Below are positions 1 to 10,400 of a stretch of 64,000 nt of DNA, in pieces. Position 1 is the first letter of the stretch. Each line of letters begins with the position of its first letter. The stretch is from an uncultured Alphaproteobacteria bacterium (GTDB taxonomy: Bacteria > Bacteroidota > Ignavibacteria > OLB7): the NCBI GenBank assembly GCA_964455525.1, contig CAYVWR010000006.1, forward strand, positions 261,388 to 325,387, in the 5' to 3' direction. The notes beneath the pieces were generated by a model. That model was not told the DNA's origin, ran no database searches, and was given only the letters and a program-made list of their open reading frames with translations. A program made the translations under genes and the position numbers.

Positions 1-31
1 GGCCACAGGCGCCGCAATGGTAGGACCACGG

Positions 32-988
32 TTATGGATTCAGATACCCCAGATAGATCGCCAACAGTATGCCGCCGCCCAGCAGGAGCCTATAGATGAT
101 GAAGATTCGCGTAGAACGGGTACGGAGATAACGGATAAGAAAAGCGATAGCCCAGTACCCGCTCACCCCGGCCACAAGTGTCGCCACAAAAAGCGCGAGG
201 CCATCGGCCGGTGTAATGAAGTTGAGCGCATGAACCAGCTCAAGCAAACCACTTGCAGCGATAGCCGGAATCGACAGAAGGAAACTGAATCGTGCTGCTG
301 CCTCCCGGGTAAGCCCCGTGAACAGACCGGCGGTGATGGTGACGCCGGAACGGGAAGCGCCTGGGATCAGCGCCACGGCCTGTGCAAGACCTATCAGCAG
401 CGCATCCTTTATCGTGACACGCTCCATCGGCCGGGCAAACCGTGCCACCCGCTCGGCAACCTCCAGCAGAAGCGCCAACCCGATAAGGCTGGAGCCGATC
501 ACCATCAGGTTCTTTGTCAGCATCCCCTCCACCACATCCTTCAAGGAAAGACCGATGATCACAATGGGGATCGTGCCAAGAATGATATACCATCCGGTGC
601 GCGCCGGACTCGACTGCTGGATAAATGGAACACGGGCGAGATTCTCCCGTAGGAAGGCTCGCGTGATCGTAATGATATCATGACGGAAGTAAACGAGAAC
701 AGCGACCAGAGTGCCAAGCTGAACAACTGCCATGAATGCCGTCCACTGCTCGGGCGCGGCAGGGTTAATAAGACCAAGCGCGCGACCAGCAAGGGTGAGA
801 TGTGCCGTTGAGCTGATCGGTAGAAATTCGCTTAGACCCTGTATCAGGCCCAGCAGCGCTGCTTTCCAGATATGCACCGGAAGAAACCTCGTTCGGAAGA
901 TAGTTGGAGAAGCCCCGAAAATAGGAAGTTTGGTGGAGCGGGCAACAAGGGAACCATGTTTCTCCTTTTGACCCGGTCCGGTTGACAT
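32..988 (-). CDS. uppP: Undecaprenyl-diphosphate phosphatase (UppP/BacA). The true start is probably the internal GTG near 877, which aligns with the E. coli N-terminus.
   Basis: Contains the GLSEFLPISSTAHL signature, multiple transmembrane segments and a PGxSRSG motif. These are conserved across the BacA family. Confidence 0.9.
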   Translation of the reverse strand: MSTGPGQKEKHGSLVARSTKLPIFGASPTIFRTRFLPVHIWKAALLGLIQGLSEFLPISSTAHLTLAGRALGLINPAAPEQWTAFMAVVQLGTLVAVLVYFRHDIITITRAFLRENLARVPFIQQSSPARTGWYIILGTIPIVIIGLSLKDVVEGMLTKNLMVIGSSLIGLALLLEVAERVARFARPMERVTIKDALLIGLAQAVALIPGASRSGVTITAGLFTGLTREAAARFSFLLSIPAIAASGLLELVHALNFITPADGLALFVATLVAGVSGYWAIAFLIRYLRTRSTRIFIIYRLLLGGGILLAIYLGYLNP

Positions 989-1171
989 ATTTTTTGCGAC
1001 TTATCCGTCATGGGGATACGCATGCGTTCGCCGCTAGCAGGGTTTCCCGGCCCACGTTCTACGCGGATCGGCGCAGGTGGCAGTTGCAGACTCATGGGCC
1101 TTTCAGCCGCATGCCTGGCCTGATGGAACGATATCCCTGACCGTACAGTACATCATCTGATCCGACGTAAC

Positions 1172-2380
1172 GTGCAGCCCAATCCCGCATACGCGACTCT
1201 GTTCGAGCCTTATACGTTTCTTGCCGGTGACACCACGCTGAGAAATCGGCTGGTGATGGCACCGATGACAACCTATTCATCCAACCGCGATGGCACCATT
1301 ACGCCGGAGGAACTAGAATACCTGCGACGCAGATCACGTGGCATCGCCATGGTGATAACCGCCGCCTGTTATGTCATCGATCATGGCCATGCATTTGACA
1401 GGCAATGGAGTTGCGCCACCGATGAGATGATCCCAAGCCTTCGTCTGGCCGCCGATGCCATCAAAAAAGAGGGAGCGATCGCCGTGTTGCAACTGCATCA
1501 TGGCGGGCGGCTCAGCCCGGCCTCGCTGCTTGGCTTCGCCCCTCTTTCCCCAAGCACTGTCGCGGCCGAACGCCCCGGAGCCGATGTCCCGCGTGAGATG
1601 AGCGAGTCAGAGATCGAGGAGACGATCAAGGCATTTGGCAGAGCCGCACGCCGCGCCATTCAAGCCGGATTTGATGCCGTGGAGATTCACGGTGCCAACG
1701 GCTACCTGCTCCAACAGTTCTTCTCCCCGCACTCCAACCGCCGCACCGATCAATGGGGAGGCTCGTTGGAAAACCGTGCGGCATTCCCAATTGCCGTGCT
1801 GGAGGAGGTGCGCGAAGTTGTGCGCCGCAACGCCTACCGCCCGTTCTCGATTGGGTATCGTCTCTCCCCCGAGGAGATCACCGAGCCGGGGATCTCCATG
1901 GAGGATACGATGCAGCTTGTCGAGGGCCTTGTTGCATGCCGTCCAGACTGGCTGCATATCTCCACCAACGACTATTTCGCCGGAAGCCTTCGCACGCCGG
2001 CCGATTTCGAGCCACGCGCCAAAGTGATCGCCGGACATGTACAGAAGCGGACAACGGTAATCGCAGCAGGTTCGATCACCTCCCCCTCGGCAGCAGTTCA
2101 GGTGCTGGAGGATGGACCCCACCTTGTTGCAATGGGTCGCGGCCTTCTTATGGAGCCCGAATGGGCAGCAAAGGTCTATGCCGGCAAAGAAAACACGATC
2201 CGTCTCTGCATGCCCGGCTCCTACGGCTCCGAGCAACTGACGATCCCCTCCCCCATGTACGACAAGCTGCTCGGCCGCCTCGGCTGGGTTCCGGTCTGCC
2301 ATGAGGAGACAACGGCCGAACCCGGTCTTGAGAAAACCGAGCAGCAGAATCTCGTGAATCTCAGCGGGGTCGCCATCTGA
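1172..2380 (+). CDS. NADH:flavin oxidoreductase, Old Yellow Enzyme family
   Basis: HGANGYLLQQFFSP...NRRTDQWGGSLENRAAF is the OYE TIM-barrel FMN-binding signature. It is the only ORF in this span with coherent domain content. Confidence 0.85.
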   Translation: MQPNPAYATLFEPYTFLAGDTTLRNRLVMAPMTTYSSNRDGTITPEELEYLRRRSRGIAMVITAACYVIDHGHAFDRQWSCATDEMIPSLRLAADAIKKEGAIAVLQLHHGGRLSPASLLGFAPLSPSTVAAERPGADVPREMSESEIEETIKAFGRAARRAIQAGFDAVEIHGANGYLLQQFFSPHSNRRTDQWGGSLENRAAFPIAVLEEVREVVRRNAYRPFSIGYRLSPEEITEPGISMEDTMQLVEGLVACRPDWLHISTNDYFAGSLRTPADFEPRAKVIAGHVQKRTTVIAAGSITSPSAAVQVLEDGPHLVAMGRGLLMEPEWAAKVYAGKENTIRLCMPGSYGSEQLTIPSPMYDKLLGRLGWVPVCHEETTAEPGLEKTEQQNLVNLSGVAI

Positions 2381-2399
2381 TTCGGAGAGAGGGCTGGCA

Positions 2400-2430
2400 T
2401 TGACGCACGCTGTTAACGATCTGTTACAAT
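2400..2430 (+). promoter_or_regulatory. Candidate sigma70-like promoter (TTGACG, 19 nt spacer, TACAAT) upstream of the LCP gene. It sits between 9-bp inverted repeats (AGGGCTGGC/GCCAGCCCT).
   Basis: Read directly from the sequence. The spacer is longer than optimal, and FCB-group promoters often use a different consensus. Confidence 0.2.
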
Positions 2431-2639
2431 ATGCCCCTGCGCCAGCCCTCATTCTCCTCCTCAGGTTCGTGAAATGTCGTAATTTTCGCTCTCTGCGCCG
2501 CTCCCGGCCTCACTACCATTATACCTGGCGACCGATCAGCCCCCGTTGCTCCCCCTTGAGCTGCTCCCCCTCCAATCCTGGTGGAAAACGCTCGTAACCA
2601 AAACATTATATTTGAGATCTACTTTTTCTTCCTACGCGT

Positions 2640-4109
2640 ATGACTATTGACGGTATTCCTGGCGAGGCCAAGCCACGCCGTCGCAGGCGCTGGTACTGGT
2701 ATTTCGGCATCTGCGTACTGATACTATGCGCCTGGCAGGTAACTGCCTGGCTTGCACCGGTGCCTGCCCCGCTGGCCTCGGCGGCAGCCGTCACCGACCA
2801 GGTATACGAGGCGGTCTATGATGATGCGATCATGGGCCGGGCCGAAAAACTCCCACGCGAGGTCAACATCCTTCTGGTTGGCCTTGACAATCGGATTTCC
2901 TCCACCGATAATCATGCCGACGCCATTCATCTTATCTCCATCCGTACCAAGGATTCTATCGGCGCCACCATCACCTCGATCCCGCGTGGCACCGAGGTAG
3001 AGGGCTTCGGCATCTCGGACGATCTATCCTTTATGGCCAATGTGCGAGCCTTGAAAGGGCGCAAGGCATTGACGAAGGCAGTAGCAAAGCTTACCAGGAA
3101 GAAAAAGATCGATTATTATGTCGAGGTTACCTTCAGCCAAGTGATGGGCGTGCTGGAGCTGCTCGGCTTCAAAGACCCCGCAACCGCTCTGCAATACCTC
3201 CGCCACCGCAAGACCTATGCGCTGGGCGATGTGCAGCGAAGCTACAATCAGGGGAAGTTTCTTCGCCACCAGGCAATCCGCCGGGGCGATCTGCTCACCG
3301 GCGCCAAAGGCGACATCCTTCTCCGTATGGGCCTTGGCATGGTTGATACCGATCTCGATATGGAGACCGCACAGGCACTGGTCTATCTGCTGAAAAACAA
3401 CGACGCGCTGACCGATTCGCGCATCGACGTTACAATGATGCCCAAGGTGAATCTTGCCCGGCTGGAGAAAGAGGCAGAGATACCTGACCCGGAACAGATC
3501 GGTGAGGTGGTCAACAAACTGGTCCGCAGAACCGGCGACGCGATCGACGATCTTGGACGCTATAATCCCTATCCCCGCCTGAAGGAGCTGGTAGGACGTG
3601 CCGCCGCACAGAAAAGCCCGAAGGCAACCGTGGCCGCGCTCCAGGTTACCTATGCACAAAAGGCATGGCTCCAGATTCAGGAACGTCCCCAACGTCGTGA
3701 AATTCGCGATCGCGTGGAGGATCTGCTCATCAAGGCGTATACCGATCTGAAGAAGCCGGACAAGGCAGAGGACGTACGGAAGTATATGGAAGAGGAACGG
3801 AAGGCATTTGCCGAAGCCGAACGGGAGCATCGGCGGTTCTCCTATGGACGCCGAGCCGTACCGGCACGGAGAGAAACGCTGAACCCGGAGGCAGCCGCCC
3901 GTGCAAAGAGCGATGATATCGGCCAGAAGCAGACCCATATCGAGCCGCAGGCACCAACGGCGCCCCCGGCCGAACCGCAGCAACAACCGGTTGTGGAGAC
4001 TGTGCCGGAAAAGGAGCTGACAAACCAGATCGGCCCCCACCGCGAAGAGGCAAAGCAGCAGAGCGATGGACCACAGGTCCATGATATCAAGGAGGATGGG
4101 AAACAGTAA
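2640..4109 (+). CDS. LytR-CpsA-Psr (LCP) family cell-envelope protein with an N-terminal transmembrane segment and a long charged low-complexity C-terminal tail
   Basis: N-terminal RRRRRWYWYFGICVLIL membrane anchor. LCP core motifs NILLVGLDNR...DAIHLISI...ITSIPRGTEV. The C-terminal ~190 aa is rich in K/E/R/Q/P. Confidence 0.7.
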   Translation: MTIDGIPGEAKPRRRRRWYWYFGICVLILCAWQVTAWLAPVPAPLASAAAVTDQVYEAVYDDAIMGRAEKLPREVNILLVGLDNRISSTDNHADAIHLISIRTKDSIGATITSIPRGTEVEGFGISDDLSFMANVRALKGRKALTKAVAKLTRKKKIDYYVEVTFSQVMGVLELLGFKDPATALQYLRHRKTYALGDVQRSYNQGKFLRHQAIRRGDLLTGAKGDILLRMGLGMVDTDLDMETAQALVYLLKNNDALTDSRIDVTMMPKVNLARLEKEAEIPDPEQIGEVVNKLVRRTGDAIDDLGRYNPYPRLKELVGRAAAQKSPKATVAALQVTYAQKAWLQIQERPQRREIRDRVEDLLIKAYTDLKKPDKAEDVRKYMEEERKAFAEAEREHRRFSYGRRAVPARRETLNPEAAARAKSDDIGQKQTHIEPQAPTAPPAEPQQQPVVETVPEKELTNQIGPHREEAKQQSDGPQVHDIKEDGKQ

Positions 4110-4253
4110 CCCCGCCCCCAACATAGAACAGAAGTATTCGTGCGTTAGCGCTTGAAAGAGCCAAGGACCCATCAAACGCACCGGGGCCGACGATCGTGGT
4201 GGATCATCGGCCCCTCTTTTTCTGCCGCAGCATACAAACCATGGCCCCGCTTC

Positions 4254-4427
4254 CTAGAGCCTGTTATGCACCGTTCAGCGTAGAAACGAGCTTGGAAATT
4301 TCCGCCAGACCTTTTGCGAGGCCGCCCGTCGATGATGATGATGATATGGATGTCGTCTGGCATGCTTTGGTCCAGGATCGTTGACTGTGAGCGGATTCCG
4401 ACAATTGAAGCTCATAACAGGCTCTAG
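4254..4427. repeat. Perfect 15-bp inverted repeat pair (CTAGAGCCTGTTATG ... CATAACAGGCTCTAG) separated by about 145 bp. The ~175-bp unit looks like a MITE-like element or a structured-RNA closing stem.
   Basis: Read directly from the sequence in the 500-bp intergenic region between the LCP gene and the downstream OM protein gene. Confidence 0.5.
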
Positions 4428-4605
4428 CATCCGACAACCTACCAGACAGATGTGTAAAGGAACGTGGAAATAAATCAGGGGTTTCCTCCCACGATGTATC
4501 TTTACGGGCCATTGCATCCCCCCTTACTCTGCCATCGGCTCGGTGGCCCTGTTGTGAAATGACGATCGCCCTGGGATCTCTCAATAATTTCAAGGATATC
4601 GAGGC

Positions 4606-5466
4606 ATGAAGAAGATTCTTCTACCACTTCTGCTGGTCCTCGCGGGCTCGGTTGCACTCGCCGATCCGCCGGATGAGGATGTTCATCGTCCGTACATACC
4701 AAGCCGCGGCCAGCTCTACACACAGTTCGATCTTGGATTGAACCTTACCTTTCTGGACGGCAACAACGAGTTCCGATCCCGAATTCCGGGAGAAGGCCCA
4801 ACGACCCTCTACCAGTCTGGCAATGGCCTGGCACCGCTGCTGAGCGCCACCATCGGCTACGAATTCAACCAGACCTTCGGGCTGGCGTTCCGTGCCGATT
4901 ATGATGTCCGCTCCGCCTCCAACTCGGGCGTGACCATCGACACCTGCCTCCTTCAGGATGTGTTCGGACAGATCACCCCCGTACCGATAGAGGTTGACAA
5001 GGACTATAGCGTCAGCATCAGCTATCTCTCCCTGTCGGCACTTGCCAAGCTCCGGTTCGACAACCTCTATCTTTTCCTCGGCCCGACCGTCTCGGTCCCG
5101 CTCTCCCGGGACGTCAAGCAGACCTTTCGGATTCTCGACAGCGGCACCTGCGCCTATTTCCCATTTACCACGGACTCCTCCAAGGAGATCACCGGCAGCC
5201 TGACAAGCGCCGAGAACATGAAGCAGCGGCTTTCCTTCAAGTTCGGCGCAGGATACATGATCCCTCTTACCAGGTCGGTCAGCCTGGTACCGCAACTGGC
5301 TTACGACCTGGGGCTTACCGATTCGTTTCAGAACGCGGAGATCAACACCCTGGCAAAGCCCGGCGAGACCGAGGAGACGACAACACTGCTGGTGCCGACC
5401 GTACTCAACCCGAAGATCCGCCTCAGCTCGTTGCAGGCCACCATCGGAATCCGTGTAAACCTCTAG
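4606..5466 (+). CDS. Secreted or outer-membrane hypothetical protein (signal peptide, beta-rich)
   Basis: N-terminal MKKILLPLLLVLAGSVALA signal peptide. Alternating hydrophobic beta-strand-like pattern. The opposite-strand ORF 4621..5802 is judged spurious. Confidence 0.5.
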   Translation: MKKILLPLLLVLAGSVALADPPDEDVHRPYIPSRGQLYTQFDLGLNLTFLDGNNEFRSRIPGEGPTTLYQSGNGLAPLLSATIGYEFNQTFGLAFRADYDVRSASNSGVTIDTCLLQDVFGQITPVPIEVDKDYSVSISYLSLSALAKLRFDNLYLFLGPTVSVPLSRDVKQTFRILDSGTCAYFPFTTDSSKEITGSLTSAENMKQRLSFKFGAGYMIPLTRSVSLVPQLAYDLGLTDSFQNAEINTLAKPGETEETTTLLVPTVLNPKIRLSSLQATIGIRVNL

Positions 5467-5482
5467 TCGCACAGGAGCTACA

Positions 5483-6997
5483 ATGATCAGCAAGAAACTA
5501 TTCAGCACGATACTAGCCTTGATGATCGGCGGCCTGTCGGCGGCGTTCGCACAGAATCCGCAGGTCCCGAACCGTACAGACGTGCAGATCACCCCACTGG
5601 CGACAAATTCGTCGGATGATGATTTTGCACCGGTTGTGCTCCGTGGCGGGCAAACCCTGATCTTTACATCCGCACGCTCCGGCGAGCAACGCATCTGGCG
5701 CGCCGAACGAGGGTCGGGCGGCTGGGATATGCCGGTAGCGGCAGCCCCCACGCTCGACGCCGCAAAACATATCGGCGCGGCCACCCTTACCCCGGATGGC
5801 ACGTTTATGATCTTTGCCGCCTACGATTGGGATGATGTGGACTCGCTTCGTGGCTATGGCCGAACCGATCTCTATTCCGCCGAACTGGTTCGGGGCATCT
5901 GGACCAACGTTAAAAATCTCGGTCCCGAGGTGAACAGCTCCTACTGGGATTCCCAGCCCACCCTGAGCGTGGACGGCCGTACCCTCTTTTTTGCAAGCGA
6001 TCGTCCGGGAGGAAAGGGGGGCACCGATATCTATGTCACCACCCGCACGGCCTCCGGCTGGACCCGCCCGGTGAACCTTGGCGATCCGATCAACACACAG
6101 TTCGATGAGATGAGCCCGAGCATCGCCCCGGATAATAAATCGCTCTTCTTCTCCAGCAACGGACATGGCGGCGCCGGTGGCTTTGACCTCTTTGTGGCCA
6201 AGGGTGGAAGCCTTCGGGGAACAGGCTGGACCCAGATCGAGAACATGGGGCTGCCGATCAACTCCGCCGCCAACGACCATTACTTCATCTCGATCCCGAA
6301 CTCGCAGAACAGCTATTTTGCATCCGATCGCAGCGGCGATCTCGATATCTATACGGCCGTGCCCAACCCCTTCCCACCGGAAGCACTCGTAACCGTCTCC
6401 GGCGTTGTTCTCGATCGCGCAAACCGCACACCGATCGCCGCCGATATCACGGTTACCGATCTAAGCTCCGGCGAAGTGGTGGCGAACTATCGGACCGATG
6501 GGCAGAACGGCAACTATTATGTGGTGCTGGCACGCGGCCGCCGCTACTCGATAACGGCAACCGCACCCGATTATATCTTCTACTCCGACGAATATTCGGT
6601 GCCGCCAAACTCGCAGGGACAGGATCTGAAGAAGGATATCGAGCTGAGCCGTCTGGGCCAGGGCACAACCAGGCTCCTCGTCTTCTTCGATTTCGACAAG
6701 TCAGAGCTGAAAGGAGAATCGAAGCCCGATCTTAATCGCGCCATCGAGTTCCTCCGCCAGAATCCGAGCATCACCGTGGAGATCGCCGGACATACCGACT
6801 CGGTGGGCAACGACAGCTATAACAAGAAGCTTTCCCAGAGCCGTGCCGATGCAGTACGGCAGTATCTGATCCAGGGAGGGGTGGAAACGCGAAGGATGGC
6901 GGCGATCGGATATGGCGAAGAGCAGCCGATAGCCTCCAATAGCACCGATGAAGGACGCGCACGCAATCGCCGTGTGGAGATGAGGGTAAAGGAATAA
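5483..6997 (+). CDS. OmpA-family protein with TolB-like (PD40) beta-propeller repeats, a carboxypeptidase-regulatory-like domain and a C-terminal OmpA peptidoglycan-binding domain
   Basis: Signal peptide. Repeated PD40-like segments (DDFAPVV..., SYWDSQPTLSVDGRTLFFASDR..., FDEMSPSIAPDNKSLFFSSN...). The C-terminus LVFFDFDKSEL...AGHTDSVGNDSYNKKLSQSRADAV...GYGEEQP...NRRVE is a canonical OmpA_C domain. Confidence 0.8.
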   Translation: MISKKLFSTILALMIGGLSAAFAQNPQVPNRTDVQITPLATNSSDDDFAPVVLRGGQTLIFTSARSGEQRIWRAERGSGGWDMPVAAAPTLDAAKHIGAATLTPDGTFMIFAAYDWDDVDSLRGYGRTDLYSAELVRGIWTNVKNLGPEVNSSYWDSQPTLSVDGRTLFFASDRPGGKGGTDIYVTTRTASGWTRPVNLGDPINTQFDEMSPSIAPDNKSLFFSSNGHGGAGGFDLFVAKGGSLRGTGWTQIENMGLPINSAANDHYFISIPNSQNSYFASDRSGDLDIYTAVPNPFPPEALVTVSGVVLDRANRTPIAADITVTDLSSGEVVANYRTDGQNGNYYVVLARGRRYSITATAPDYIFYSDEYSVPPNSQGQDLKKDIELSRLGQGTTRLLVFFDFDKSELKGESKPDLNRAIEFLRQNPSITVEIAGHTDSVGNDSYNKKLSQSRADAVRQYLIQGGVETRRMAAIGYGEEQPIASNSTDEGRARNRRVEMRVKE

Positions 6998-7028
6998 CGA
7001 TTCGCTGACATCGCTCGGCCTGAATTAT

Positions 7029-7060
7029 GCGGGTATGCTCCAGAGCCGGAGCATACCCGC
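7029..7060 (+). terminator. Strong 13-bp stem-loop (GCGGGTATGCTCC-agagcc-GGAGCATACCCGC) downstream of the OmpA-family gene. No clean U-tract follows.
   Basis: Read directly from the sequence. Confidence 0.4.
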
Positions 7061-7412
7061 TGCTCATTCTGCCCGCTCCATCGGTGCTTACCGGAAGCCA
7101 CCGGAGCAGAGATCAGGACGCGGACCCCATCGGGAAGCGGAGGCACAAACGTTGTGCAACCGGCAGCCGGATATATTCTCGTGTTCCATAGGAAACCTAG
7201 CAGCCGCAATATCGTACAAGCGCCACCGATGGACGTTCCGGCATGCGCCGACGGTGGCGATCTCGGATATCATCACGACCTGCCCCGGGCATCCCGGAGC
7301 GCCGAACTCCGTTCTCTGTAGCACCCCTCTTTTGCCTATCTTTGCCACTCACCTGGCAATGCGATACGACATCGTGCTAGGAGCTCCGGACCGGTCTGCC
7401 GGTCGCATCCCC

Positions 7413-10400
7413 ATGATTAGATCGAGCATTGTGAAGACCCTCTTTAGCCTTCCGTTCATATCTCTCGTTCTGACGGCGACTCTCTCGGCGCAACCACGGG
7501 TGGTGGAAGATCGCCCGCTGGCACGTGCCGTGCGTTCGGCGGCTACATTGGTCGACCAGGGCCATTACAGCAGAGCTGCCAACGAGCTAGAAGCCGCACT
7601 GGACTCAGCAGCCGCAGGAGAGCATATGGCCGATGCTCTCTATTACCTCGCACGTGCCACGTTCATGACACAACGGTACCGACCGGCACTCCTGAACAGT
7701 CGGCGGTTTCTGAACGGATATCCCGATGACCCGCGCACCGATGAGCTGCTCTACCTCTATGGCACAGCCGCCTATCAGGAAGGGCTGACCGACGATGCAT
7801 ACAACGCATTCTACGATGTGGCCGCAGCCGACTCGCCCACACGTGGAGAAGCGCTCTACTGGCTTGCGCGTATCAGTGCCGACCGTGGAAAGCTCGACAG
7901 CGCCGAGGCATATGCAACCCTGTCGCTTCGATCACAACCGCACGAGTTCACCGACGACGCCCTCTATCTTACGGCCTGGCTTCAGGAGGGTAGGGAGGAG
8001 ATAGATTCGGCCGCGGCTCTGTATGACCGGCTTATCAAGGATTATCCGCAGAGCGAGCTATCCCTTGACGCCAGCCTTCGCCTTGGCATCATCGATGCAC
8101 GGCGGGGAAACTACGAGTCGGCCATCAGGCTGCTCAACAGCGTTACCCCACGAAGCGATCGCCAGCGGGAAGAACAGCTCTTTTACCTTGGCGAGATGAG
8201 CGCTGCGCTCGACCGCCACGATGAAGCCCTACGCTACAACAACGAATTTCTCCGAACATTTCCGATAAGCGTCCGCACGCGCCAGGTACGTTATGGCGTA
8301 GCATGGGCGCTTCTGAATCTGAAACGTTACGACGAAGCCATCGCCACCCTTCGCCAGCTTGAGGGGGGCATCGATTCGATAGCGGCGGCAGCATCGTATC
8401 AGATCGGCGCCGTACAGGTAACCAGGGGCGATACCGCCGGAGCGATGCGCACCTTCCAGGATCTGATCTACCGGCTGCCGTACGAATCGTTCAGCGACAA
8501 CGCCTACTATCAGATAGGGCGCATCCATTACCGCCGCGCCAACTACGATTCGGCACGGCATTACCTCCTGATCGCCGCCCGGCAGTTCCCGGAGAGCGAA
8601 ATCCGCCCCGATGCATTCTATCTGCTTGGAGAGTCATATGTCGCGCTCGACGATCCCGCCAACAGCGTCTATGCATTCTCTCGCGCACAGAAGACCGGGG
8701 CAACCGGCGATCTGTACCGGCAGGCACTGTATCGAGAGGGGGTGATGCTCTACCGTGTTGGCCGGTTCCAGAGCGCCATCAGCCGTTTCCGGGAATATGT
8801 ATCGGAACACCCCAATGGCCCGGAGATAGCCGACGCCACCTTCTGGCTTGGCGAGGCACTGTATCAGGACAGGAAATACGACGAGGCAGAGAGCTACTAT
8901 AACGCGTTTCTGGAGCGCTTCAAGGCATCCCCCTGGCGCGAACAGGCAGTCTACGGGCTTGCCTGGTCACGCTTCCAGCAGAAGGATTTCAAGGGTGCAG
9001 CGCTCGCATTCGAGGATTTCATCAAGAACAATCCCACAAGCGATCTGGCTACCGAAGCAACGATCCGCCTGGCAGACTCCTATCGATTCCTGGGCCAGTA
9101 CGACAAGGCGATCGCCACCTATGAATCGGTCGGAGGCAAATCCGGCAAAGGGGTACGCGATGAGGAAGCCCGGTTCCGTCTGGCCGATGTATTCCTTCAG
9201 ATGGGCGACGTCAATCGCGCCGTGGAAACCTTTCGGATGCTGATCCGCGATTATCCGAACTCCGTCCGCCGCGATGCCTATGCCTTCAATATCGGCTCGA
9301 TCTACCATGAGAGGGAGATGGACTCGCTGGCGATCGCAGAGCTGAGCAGGTTCCCGCAAAGCTACCCGGAAAGCCAGCTTCTTCCGCAGGTTGCCTTTAC
9401 CATCGGCGATGCCTACTACAATCTCGAAGAATATGATAGCGCCCTGGTCTACTACCGCAGTGTGCTCGATGAGTATCCCAATAGCATGGTGGTGCCGGAA
9501 GCGCTCGACGCAGTTCGCTTTACCCTGGAGGCGCTCGGACGGGGACGGGAGGCAGTGGCTGTGATCGATAGCTTCCAGGCCAGGAATCCGAACCGTATCG
9601 CCGCCGATTCGCTTGGATTCCGCAAAGCCTCCATTGTGCTGGAACAGGGGGAGTTCGCCGAAGCCATCGGCCTGTACAAGAAGCTGATGGAGGATTACCC
9701 GCAGAGCCTTATGGTGCCAACAACCATCCTGCAGATCGGCAGAAGCTATGAATACCTCGGACGTCAGGATTCGGCGCTCTTCTATTATACGCAGGTTGTC
9801 AAACGGTTCCCGGAAAGTTCACCGGCACAGGACGCCCTGATCGAAAGCGCCGGAATACGCCTTCGTGCCCGCTCCTGGCAGCAGGCCGCGCTTGCCTACG
9901 AGCAGTTCGTGGAAGGTTACCCGGAGTCGGAGCGGTTGAGCGAAGCGCGCTATGGCATCGCCACAGCCAGCCTGCAACTGGGAGATACCGCCAGAGCGCT
10001 TGCACAGTTGCAGAGAGTGCTCGACTCCGCCAATGCCCAGGATGAGGACCTCTTCCTCGATCGCAGCCGTATTACAACCGCACGGCTGATAGCACCGCGT
10101 GGGGAGATCGACCGTGCGCTTGAACTTCTGGCCGCAGTTGTTGCCCGTCGCCTGGATGATGTCGCAGCCGAAGCCCTTCTGCTGCGCAGTCAGTTGCTTG
10201 TTGGCACCAACGATCTCTCCGGTGCGCTTGCCGAACTTCGCCAGTTGACGGCCGACTTTGCATCCTACCCGGAATATGCCGAGCCGGGAACGTTGCTTCT
10301 CGGCACGGTCTACGAGCGGCTGACCAATTACGGCGCCGCACGCGACATCTATAACCAGCTTATCGCACAGAGCGAAGATCCTGCCATTCGTGCCGAAGCC

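Noticed and set aside
4621-5802. 393-aa minus-strand ORF overlapping two plus-strand envelope genes; also 14885..16282 (-) opposite mdh and 18023..18820 (-) opposite the OmpA gene
   Set aside because: The plus-strand genes have signal peptides and canonical OmpA/MDH domains. The minus-strand translations have no domain content.
7035-7412. N-terminal 126-aa extension of the TPR ORF (and similar long extensions of the MalT-like, PLD, OmpA and BNR ORFs)
   Set aside because: Each extension precedes a perfect signal peptide or known N-terminus at an internal ATG, and its composition looks non-coding. Starts were moved to the internal ATG.
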